Assembly (NCBI GenBank): GCA_045600105.1
Contig: JAZRXG010000042.1
Span: forward strand, 14,236 to 78,235
Reading direction: 5' to 3'
DNA length: 64,000 nucleotides
From: Eubacteriales bacterium
GTDB taxonomy: Bacteria; Bacillota; Clostridia; Oscillospirales; CAG-382
Each line of letters begins with the position of its first letter. Position 1 is the stretch's first letter. This document shows, piece after piece, positions 18,756 to 26,285 of this stretch. Below the pieces are notes generated by a model. It was not told the DNA's origin. It ran no database searches and saw nothing but the letters and a program-made list of their open reading frames with translations. The translations under genes were made by a program, and so were the position numbers.

Positions 18756-20549
18756 TTACGATTTTTCACGAAGCTTGGGGTCAAAGGCGTCGCGGAGTCC
18801 CTGACCAAGCAGGTTGAGTGAAAGAACGAGAAGGAATATGATGACCGCGGGGAGTATGAATAGGTATCCTCTGCCATCGATCGTCATCTGTCCGCGGTAG
18901 TTGGAAGCAAGCGAGCCGAGGCTGGGCATGGGGATGGAAACGCCGATGCCGAGATAGCTGAGGAAGCTTTCGGTGAATATCGCGGAGGGTATCTGCAGAG
19001 CCGCCGAAATGAAAATGACGGAAATGCAGTTGGGAAGCATGTGCTTGAATATTATCCAGCGTGCGGGAGCGTCGCAGGCCTTTGCGGCAAGGACGAATTC
19101 CTGCTCTCTGAGGGAAAGCACCTGACCTCTGACGAGGCGCGCCATGCCGACCCAGTAAAGGAGGGCGAACACGATGAGGATGCTCACGAGTCCGACGCCG
19201 CCGAGCTTGTCAACGACGGAGGAAAGAGGACCGTTCTGGAAAATATCCTTGAAAGCGACGGAAAGAAGGATGATTATGAGCGTGTCGGGAAGCGAATAGA
19301 TGATATCGACGATACGCATCATGACAAGGTCGACTTTTCCGCCGAAATAGCCGGAGATCGCGCCGTAAAGCACGCCGATGATAACGACGACGACCGCCGC
19401 GATTATACCGACGAGGAGGGATACACGCGTTCCGACGATGATCCTTATCGCATAGTCGCGTCCGAGCTCATCGGTGCCGAGTATATGCGGGAACACGCTC
19501 TTGGTCTCTTTGGTGAGAGACGCGGCGGCAGGAACGACAGCGTCGCCCTTTGCGTATTTGAAATCGTCGACGGGAGCTTTTTCGTTGCTCATATTTCCGT
19601 CGAAAGTGAGTCTGTATCTGTCGGGTTTGCTCTTGCTGTTGTATCTGTAATTGACGGAAGCGCCTTCGTCGGCGACGCCGTCACCGTCGGAATCGGCTGC
19701 CCAGACGGCATAAAGCGTGGTATCGGACGAAACCGCGAAGTTCTTTGCGATGACGTCTTCGCTGTAAGTATCGTAATTGGACGCGTCGATCACGGGAAGG
19801 TCTGACTTAAGAGACCAGCCGGTGAACACGGCGCCGTCTTTTTTGAAGTCACCCGTTTCGTTGCTCGGGGTGATCTTGTCGGTCGAAACGTATTCGAAGG
19901 TGTCTTCGGGGAGAGTTCCCGTGCCGCCGTTCAGATCGTAAGTGATCTTGTATCTGGGAACGAGAACGCTTTCCGCGGTATTGTTGAAAAGGTCCGCGCC
20001 GAAATCGGCTTTTCCGTCGCCGTTCTTGTCAACGCCCCATACGGCGTAAAGCTCGCAGGTCGAATCGGAGAACGTAAGCGGAGCGGTAACGAAGTATTCT
20101 TTGACTTCGTTCAGATATTCTTCGCTGTCGATGACGAGAAGTCCGTGATAATGAGTGATGTCGTCTTTTCCGAGCGACCAGCCCATAAACACGGCATCTT
20201 CTTCCATAAGGATCTTTTCACGCGGTGAATACTCGAACGGGCCGAGAAATTCGCCGGCGATACTGTCGCGGCTGCCGGAGCTCGTACTGTAATCGTACGG
20301 ATAGAAAAGCGGAACTATGAACGCCGTGAGCGTGAGGAACACGACGATTATGAGGCACGCCATGGAAAGCTTGTCCTTGCGGAGCCTGCGAAGGCTGTCC
20401 TTGAGGAAGCTCGTGCTTTCACGCATGTGGTCCTGCTGCGCTTTTTCCTCATCCGTGGCAAGCTCGAACTTGGAAAGATCGAGCTGCAGGCTGAACGGGT
20501 TCTTTTTCGGCATTTTGTCATTGGGTCTGTTGGAATTCATTTCAGACAT
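18756..20549 (-). CDS. oppC: Oligopeptide ABC transporter permease OppC with a ~230-aa extracellular InlB-B-repeat-like insert
   Basis: OppC N-terminus (SFLKDSLRRLRKDK), HILGTDELGRD, EFVLAAKACDA, HMLPN, ESFLSYLG. 597 aa versus about 300-350 for typical OppC. Confidence 0.88.
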   Translation of the reverse strand: MSEMNSNRPNDKMPKKNPFSLQLDLSKFELATDEEKAQQDHMRESTSFLKDSLRRLRKDKLSMACLIIVVFLTLTAFIVPLFYPYDYSTSSGSRDSIAGEFLGPFEYSPREKILMEEDAVFMGWSLGKDDITHYHGLLVIDSEEYLNEVKEYFVTAPLTFSDSTCELYAVWGVDKNGDGKADFGADLFNNTAESVLVPRYKITYDLNGGTGTLPEDTFEYVSTDKITPSNETGDFKKDGAVFTGWSLKSDLPVIDASNYDTYSEDVIAKNFAVSSDTTLYAVWAADSDGDGVADEGASVNYRYNSKSKPDRYRLTFDGNMSNEKAPVDDFKYAKGDAVVPAAASLTKETKSVFPHILGTDELGRDYAIRIIVGTRVSLLVGIIAAVVVVIIGVLYGAISGYFGGKVDLVMMRIVDIIYSLPDTLIIILLSVAFKDIFQNGPLSSVVDKLGGVGLVSILIVFALLYWVGMARLVRGQVLSLREQEFVLAAKACDAPARWIIFKHMLPNCISVIFISAALQIPSAIFTESFLSYLGIGVSIPMPSLGSLASNYRGQMTIDGRGYLFILPAVIIFLLVLSLNLLGQGLRDAFDPKLREKS

Positions 20550-20565
20550 TTTTCCGCCCTCCCGT

Positions 20566-21522
20566 TCACGAGAAATCCACACGGTGATCTATGACCTTGT
20601 AAAGCACGTCGCTTATAAGGTTCATGGCGAGCATAAGCACCGAAAGAAGCACGGTGGTGCCCATTATCATCGTGTAGTCGAGGTTTTTGATGGAATCTAT
20701 GAAATATCCGCCGATACCGGGGACCGAGAAAATGCTTTCAACGACGAAAGAACCGGTAACTATGTACGCGATCATCGGGCCCGCGTAGGAAATGACGGGG
20801 GCAAGCGAGTTGCGGAGCGCGTGCTTGAAGAGCACCTTTCTTTCGGGGACGCCCTTTGCTCTCGCGGTCCTGATATAGTCCTGACCGAGCGAATCGAGCA
20901 TGGAGGAACGCGTGAGACGGGTTATGTATGCCGCGGGATAGAGCGAAAGCGCGATAATGGGAAGAATGAGTCCCATAAACGAGCCTTCACCCGCGAGTAT
21001 GCTCTGTATCGAGCTGCCCATGGACGGAAAAACCCTCCATTTGACGGTGAGGGTCCAGAGCGCGATAACGCCGATAACGAACGACGGCACCGAAACGGAA
21101 GCGGTCGAAAGTATGAGTATGAGCTTGTCCTGCCATTTTGAGCGCTTGATGGCGGCAAGAGAGCCGAAGATGAGCCCGATTATGATGGCGAGGATCGCGG
21201 CGCTGAGACCTATGAACGCCGAAGTCGCAAAGCCCTGCATAACGAGGTCTATCACGTTGAGGCCTTTATAATAAATGGACTGACCGAAATCGAGTTTTAC
21301 CGCGTTTTTAAGATAAATAAGATACTGCGTGCCGAGCGGCTTATCGAGCCCGTATTTTGCGTTGAGGGCGTCCATCGTAGACTGAGGGATGGCCTTCTCG
21401 CCGACGAAGGGGCTGCCCGGGACGGCGTGCATGATGAAAAAGGTAACGGTGATTATGATGAAAAGGGTGAGCAGCGCAAGCCCGAGTCTTTTCAATATAT
21501 AAATCAACATTTTTTTATCCAT
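20566..21522 (-). CDS. oppB: Oligopeptide ABC transporter permease
   Basis: YILKRL, PGSPF, YGLDKPL..QY, DYIRTARAKG, HALRNSL, VESIFSVPGIG. Start chosen from the AAGGAG RBS. Confidence 0.92.
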   Translation of the reverse strand: MDKKMLIYILKRLGLALLTLFIIITVTFFIMHAVPGSPFVGEKAIPQSTMDALNAKYGLDKPLGTQYLIYLKNAVKLDFGQSIYYKGLNVIDLVMQGFATSAFIGLSAAILAIIIGLIFGSLAAIKRSKWQDKLILILSTASVSVPSFVIGVIALWTLTVKWRVFPSMGSSIQSILAGEGSFMGLILPIIALSLYPAAYITRLTRSSMLDSLGQDYIRTARAKGVPERKVLFKHALRNSLAPVISYAGPMIAYIVTGSFVVESIFSVPGIGGYFIDSIKNLDYTMIMGTTVLLSVLMLAMNLISDVLYKVIDHRVDFS

Positions 21523-21642
21523 ATCGCTCACTCCTTACATACCGGATACTGCTAAGCGTTTTTTGCATCGCGGTCCGCGGTCCGGCATTTTAGCCCCGAA
21601 AAATGGCGCCGCAAAGCCGTATGCAGACGCAGATACATTTTA

Positions 21643-21671
21643 TTTATACACCGCTTATGCCTTTTTGTCAA
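21643..21671 (-). promoter_or_regulatory. SigA-type promoter for oppBCDFA
   Basis: TTGACA-17 nt-TATAAA about 120 nt upstream of oppB. Confidence 0.55.
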
Positions 21672-21784
21672 GTATAAATGAAAATAATTGACATATTTTT
21701 CAAATGGAATTTCATTTTTTGTCTTTCGGAAAGCAAAAAGCCGGCATTGCATCCCCACCGCAAAAAAAGACTTGAAATGCAAAG

Positions 21785-21811
21785 AAAAAGACGCGTTTTA
21801 CGCATCTTTTT
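21785..21811 (-). terminator. Intrinsic terminator downstream of malQ
   Basis: AAAAAGATGCG/CGCGTCTTTTT stem with one G-U pair. Confidence 0.65.
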
Positions 21812-21829
21812 TCCCTGTTTGCAGTCGGT

Positions 21830-23257
21830 TCATCTGCCGTAAATACGGTTCCATTCCGCAAATTTTTTCTTGTCGATATTTTTAAGCTGTTCTTTGGTGA
21901 GGCGGTATTCCCAGTTTCCGTCGCACGAGCCCGGGTGGTTCAGCCTCGTATCGCTGCCGTAAAGCAGCAGATCCTGAACGGGAAGCACGATGAGACCCGC
22001 GGAAGACGCGAAAAGCGTTCTGAGTATCGCGTCGTAGCAGTGATGAATGTCGTCGCTGTCGTAGCCGCAGTAATCGAAAAGTCTTCTTCTCTCCTCCGGC
22101 GACGCCTCCCAGACGTAGCCGAGCAGGGTGTTGTTGTCGTGAGTCCCCGTGTAGGCGATGCAGTTGTTCACGTAGTTGTGCGGCAGGTGAGGCGACGCGG
22201 GATCGCCGAGGAACGCGAACTGCATGATTCGCATTCCGGGAAATCCGCTGTCTTTCACGAGCTTCACCACGTCTTCGGTGATGTCACCGAGATCCTCGGC
22301 GATGAGCAGCTTGTCGGTGGCGCTCTTGAGCGCGTCAATGAGTTTCATTCCGGGACCCTTGAGCCACTTGCCGTTCCTTGCGGTCTTTTCGGACGCGTCG
22401 ATGGCGAAATAAGACTCGAAAGCTCTGAAATGGTCTATCCTTACCCCGTCAAAAAGCTCGGTCATGAAGGAAATGCGTTCCTTCCACCAGGCAAAGCCGT
22501 CTTCTTCCATCTTTTTCCAGTCATAGAGCGGGTTGCCCCAGAGCTGACCGTCGGCGCAGAAATAATCGGGAGGCACTCCCGCGACGAGCGACGGACGTTT
22601 TCTTTCGTCAAGCAGGAAAAGATCGCTGTCCGCCCAAACGTCGGAGCTGTTCCAGTCGACGTATATGGGAATGTCGCCGATGATCGAAACGCCTTTTTCG
22701 TTCGCGTAAGCCTTTATCTCTTTCCATTGACGGAAGAACGTATACTGGGTGAACCTCCACGTGAGGAGGGTGTCGCCGTCAGCTTCGTCCGACGTCCATT
22801 CATCCCACGGCTTGCCGCCGTTGGCTTCGCGCTTTGCCATAAAGAGGCAGAACCGATCTGTCCTGCGGTGAGACGCAAAGAACTTTTCGAGTTCCGCGCT
22901 GTTGCCGAAACGGTGAGCCGCTTTGGAAAGAAGAGCGAATCTTTCCTTGTGAAGACGGGCAAATTCGCAGGTGTACGGTGTTTTCTGACGTGCGGAATCG
23001 AGTTCCTCGCGTGTCAGCAGACCTTTTTCAAAAAGGTCCTCGAGATCGATGAAAAACGGGTTCACGCTGAAGGCGCTGAAGGATTTGTAGGGAGAGTTAT
23101 AGCCGTCGGGCAGGCAGAACGGAAGCACCTGCCAATAGGAAAAGCCCATTGACGCGATAAAATCTATCCATTCCTTTGCCGGTTTTCCGAAAGAGCCCTC
23201 GGAATGATCGCCCCAGAGGGACGAAACGTGCATGAGTACACCGCTGCCGCGCTTCAT
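21830..23257 (-). CDS. malQ: 4-alpha-glucanotransferase (amylomaltase, GH77)
   Basis: GVLMHVSSL, WQVLP, SPYKSFSAF, GDIPIYV, AGVPPDYF...GQLWGNPLY, RIDHFR, IAEDLG, YTGTHDN. Confidence 0.95.
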   Translation of the reverse strand: MKRGSGVLMHVSSLWGDHSEGSFGKPAKEWIDFIASMGFSYWQVLPFCLPDGYNSPYKSFSAFSVNPFFIDLEDLFEKGLLTREELDSARQKTPYTCEFARLHKERFALLSKAAHRFGNSAELEKFFASHRRTDRFCLFMAKREANGGKPWDEWTSDEADGDTLLTWRFTQYTFFRQWKEIKAYANEKGVSIIGDIPIYVDWNSSDVWADSDLFLLDERKRPSLVAGVPPDYFCADGQLWGNPLYDWKKMEEDGFAWWKERISFMTELFDGVRIDHFRAFESYFAIDASEKTARNGKWLKGPGMKLIDALKSATDKLLIAEDLGDITEDVVKLVKDSGFPGMRIMQFAFLGDPASPHLPHNYVNNCIAYTGTHDNNTLLGYVWEASPEERRRLFDYCGYDSDDIHHCYDAILRTLFASSAGLIVLPVQDLLLYGSDTRLNHPGSCDGNWEYRLTKEQLKNIDKKKFAEWNRIYGR

Positions 23258-23277
23258 AAGAGATACTTCCTTTTTGC

Positions 23278-23502
23278 TTATTTCTTGAAGAGATTGCCGA
23301 GTCCGCCGAGCTTGCCCTTGATGTCGTCGATATCGATCTTTGCCTTGATGCCGTCGGTGAGCTTGTCAAGGACGTCGTCGGGGACCTTGTCGCCGACAAG
23401 ACCTTTTACGGTTTCCTTGGGTCCGGATTTGAATTTGGCAAGAAGGTCTCCGCTGCCGGTGATCTTCGATACGAGTTCTTCTACTTTTGCTTTGATGTCC
23501 AT
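23278..23502 (-). CDS. Small Lys/Asp-rich hypothetical protein (74 aa)
   Basis: GGAGG RBS, amphipathic helical pattern, own TTGACT-17-TAAAAT promoter. Resembles a small conserved clostridial protein. Confidence 0.75.
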   Translation of the reverse strand: MDIKAKVEELVSKITGSGDLLAKFKSGPKETVKGLVGDKVPDDVLDKLTDGIKAKIDIDDIKGKLGGLGNLFKK

Positions 23503-23583
23503 GATTGTTCCTCCTGTTATGTTTTGTTTTATCGGATTTTACCACTTTTTATGCAAAAAGTCAATAGAACAGGGCGTAAATGA

Positions 23584-23612
23584 TTGACAAATCGACGGGC
23601 GCATTGTATAAT
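23584..23612 (+). promoter_or_regulatory. Consensus SigA promoter for pfkA
   Basis: TTGACA-17 nt-TATAAT with TG extension. Confidence 0.8.
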
Positions 23613-23644
23613 CATAAAAAAAGAACGATCGGGGGATATGATAT

Positions 23645-24709
23645 ATGGGCAACTTCAAAAGAATAGGCGTGCTTACCTCCGGAGGCGACGCGCCCGGCAT
23701 GAACGCGGCGGTACGCGCCGTCACGCGTCTCGCGCTCGTCAAGGGCATCGAGGTCTTCGGCATCTACAACGGATATCAGGGACTCATCAACAACGAGATA
23801 AAGCAGCTTGCCGAACGCGACGTTTCGTATATAATCAACCGCGGCGGCACGATGCTTTACACCGCGAGAAGCGACGAATTCAAAACAAAGGAAGGCATCG
23901 CGAAGGCGGTCGCCACCTGCCGCAGCATCGGACTCGACGGAATCGTCACCATCGGCGGCGACGGTACTTTCCGCGGAGCGGTCGACCTGACCGACGCCGG
24001 AGTTCCCTGCATCGGCATCCCCGGCACGATAGACAACGACATCGCGTCCACCGACGCCACGATAGGCTTCGACACGGCGATGAACACCGTCGTCGACCTC
24101 GTGGACAAGCTGCGCGACACGGGCGAAAGCCACGCGAGATGCAACGTGGTCGAGGTCATGGGCCGCGAGGCGGGCGACATTGCCCTCAACACGGCCATCG
24201 CCGTCGGCGCCATCTGCGCGGTCATCCGCGAGATACCCACCAATTTCGACAAGCTTTTCGCCAAAATGATAGACGCGAGAAAGCACGGTAAACGCAATTT
24301 CATAATAATCGCGAGCGAGGGCATCGGCAGCGACTACTGCGAGCACCTCTGCACCGAAATACAGGAAAAAACGGGCATCGACACCCGTTTCGTGCGCCCC
24401 GCGCATATCCAGAGAGGCGGCTCGCCGACACTCCGCGACAGAGTGCTTGCCACACAGATGGGCTGCGCCGCGGTCGAGACGCTGGTCAGCGGTCAGATGA
24501 AAAAGGTCATCTGTCTGCGTGACAACGCGATCACCACGATGGACATCCACGAAGCGCTCTATCTTGACAAGATGATGAAGAACACGCTCACCACCGAGGA
24601 AGCCGACCGCATACCGCCCAACATCCTTTACGATATGCGCCGTCTCGTCGCAGACAAAATGGCGTACAAGACCTACCTCAACTATATGATAACGAATATA
24701 GTGTTGTGA
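23645..24709 (+). CDS. pfkA: ATP-dependent 6-phosphofructokinase
   Basis: LTSGGDAPGMNAA, GGTML.TAR, GGDG, PGTIDND, EVMGR, HIQRGG. Confidence 0.95.
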   Translation: MGNFKRIGVLTSGGDAPGMNAAVRAVTRLALVKGIEVFGIYNGYQGLINNEIKQLAERDVSYIINRGGTMLYTARSDEFKTKEGIAKAVATCRSIGLDGIVTIGGDGTFRGAVDLTDAGVPCIGIPGTIDNDIASTDATIGFDTAMNTVVDLVDKLRDTGESHARCNVVEVMGREAGDIALNTAIAVGAICAVIREIPTNFDKLFAKMIDARKHGKRNFIIIASEGIGSDYCEHLCTEIQEKTGIDTRFVRPAHIQRGGSPTLRDRVLATQMGCAAVETLVSGQMKKVICLRDNAITTMDIHEALYLDKMMKNTLTTEEADRIPPNILYDMRRLVADKMAYKTYLNYMITNIVL

Positions 24710-24996
24710 AAAAGATCCGTCCGAAGAAAGCAAAAATCATTATTCCGGTCTGCATTGCCGCGATCCTTCTGTTCCTGTTTCTTCCGATCCCGACGGGAAG
24801 CTATGATGACGGCGGAACAAGAGAATACTCCGCCTTGACGTATAAGATCGTTGTCTGGAACAAATTTTTAGCGGAAGTCAACGGAGACGGCTCCGTAGGA
24901 GATTTTTACACTTATCACAAAACGTCGGTTTTCTGGTTTCCCGACAATTACAAAAGCATTGACGATTTGTGGAAAATGGAAAGAAACATTCCTTGA
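24706..24996 (+). CDS. Small membrane-anchored or secreted hypothetical protein (96 aa)
   Basis: Basic N-terminus, one hydrophobic helix, DDGGTREYSALTYK motif. Start overlaps the pfkA stop. Confidence 0.65.
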   Translation: MKKIRPKKAKIIIPVCIAAILLFLFLPIPTGSYDDGGTREYSALTYKIVVWNKFLAEVNGDGSVGDFYTYHKTSVFWFPDNYKSIDDLWKMERNIP

Positions 24997-25120
24997 TATA
25001 CAATAAAATTTACAGCTCGTCCCGAATGCCACGGGTTGATAAGGATGTTTTTTGATTTGCTCTGTAATATCAATGATACGATATGTTGACAAATCCCGGT
25101 TTGGCAAGCCAAAAGAAACA

Positions 25121-25151
25121 ACCCGCTGAAAAATACTTCTTTTCAGCGGGT
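25121..25151. terminator. Bidirectional terminator-like hairpin between convergent genes
   Basis: ACCCGCTGAAAA/TTTTCAGCGGGT 12-bp perfect stem. Confidence 0.65.
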
Positions 25152-25200
25152 ATCTTTGTCTCATATCACAGCAAGCAGGGAAATTATATATAATTTCCGA

Positions 25201-25368
25201 GTGATGTTTGCCCTGTCGGGCAAGTGATGTTATGCCTTGCGGCATAGTGATGTTTTTGCTTTGCAAAAGTGATGTGATGTATTCCACCCACGCCCGCAGG
25301 CACATCACCCGCCGGAGGCGAACATCACGCACGAAGTGCACATCACATTCAACGCAGTGGAATACATC
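25201..25368. repeat. REP/BIME-like multi-hairpin element
   Basis: 4x GTGATGT (25201, 25224, 25247, 25269) separated by hairpins. 3x ACATCAC (25302, 25322, 25340) separated by hairpins. GATGTATTCCAC/GTGGAATACATC inverted pair. Confidence 0.8.
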
Positions 25369-25441
25369 GTTTTCGGCGCGTGACGAAAATGCTTCAAAAA
25401 ACATCCTTATGGGCACGCGCCGAAAAGGACGAGCCGCGTTT

Positions 25442-25984
25442 TTATAACGTGTACGACGCGTAAACGTTTCCTTCAAGGTCTTTGAACGTGAAGGTGTCGT
25501 TTTCGTAAATAATATAGCTTTTCCGGCTGTTTTCTTTGGGAATGGATACCGAACCGGGGTTGACGTAAACGAAGTTTTCGTGTTTTCTGAACGCGGGAAC
25601 GTGCGTGTGTCCGCAGAGCAGCACCGTTTTTCCGTATATCTCGGGCGGATCATCCTCACCGTAAGTGTGTCCGTGAGTGCAGAACATTTCGGTTTTTCCG
25701 TCATAAATCAGCACGCAGGACGCGAGTATCGGGAACGGGAGCACCATCTGGTCGACCTCGGTGTCGCAGTTGCCTCTGACGCACAAGACCCGTCCTTTCA
25801 GCCCCGACAGCAGCGTTATCACCCTTTTGGGGTCGTAGCCCGACGGCAGGTCGTTTCTTGGACCGTGATAAAGCAGATCACCGAGAAGAATTATTTTTCC
25901 GGCGTTTTCGGCATCGACGCGGCTTGTCAGCTTTTCACAGCATACGGCGTCGCCGTGGATATCGGACGCGATAAGCAATTTCAT
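25442..25984 (-). CDS. Metallophosphoesterase, YfcE/MJ0936 family phosphodiesterase
   Basis: IASDIHG, LGDLLYHGPRN, VRGNCD, THGH, GHTH, NPGSVSIPK. Confidence 0.92.
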   Translation of the reverse strand: MKLLIASDIHGDAVCCEKLTSRVDAENAGKIILLGDLLYHGPRNDLPSGYDPKRVITLLSGLKGRVLCVRGNCDTEVDQMVLPFPILASCVLIYDGKTEMFCTHGHTYGEDDPPEIYGKTVLLCGHTHVPAFRKHENFVYVNPGSVSIPKENSRKSYIIYENDTFTFKDLEGNVYASYTL

Positions 25985-25994
25985 TGTTTTTCCC

Positions 25995-26285
25995 TCATAT
26001 CTTTTTGAATTTGCGGTACGCGTTCACGACGCATACCTTCGACGCGTTGACCATCGTTTCGCTTTCCTTTACGCAGTAAACCTCTTCTCCCACGGAGACG
26101 GCTGCTTTGACGAGAAACGCGTGATTGCCCGTGACGAAGCCGTAAACGTCTTTTCCGTCGGTGACGGCAAGAGCGCCGCGTTTCTCGTCGGTATCGGCAA
26201 ACAGCAGCTTTTCGTTATCGGGAACGAAGCCCTTGCAGGCGTCGATGCCGATGACGCTGAATTTTCCGAGCGGTCTGTCCTTCAT
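25995..26285 (-). CDS. Hypothetical protein (96 aa)
   Basis: Start overlaps the addA stop (ATGA) and the ORF fills the gap to the phosphodiesterase. No motif recognised. Confidence 0.6.
   Translation of the reverse strand: MKDRPLGKFSVIGIDACKGFVPDNEKLLFADTDEKRGALAVTDGKDVYGFVTGNHAFLVKAAVSVGEEVYCVKESETMVNASKVCVVNAYRKFKKI

Noticed and set aside
21672-21730. CodY box upstream of oppB
   Set aside because: AT-rich, but no acceptable match to AATTTTCWGAAAATT.
25201-25368. CRISPR interpretation of the regularly spaced GTGATGT repeats
   Set aside because: Repeats are only 7 nt, spacers are 15-16 nt and self-complementary, orientation flips midway, and there are no cas genes.
24868-25704. 278-aa minus-strand ORF in the track
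   Set aside because: It overlaps the phosphodiesterase in another frame, runs through the terminator and hairpin element, and has no protein-like motifs.
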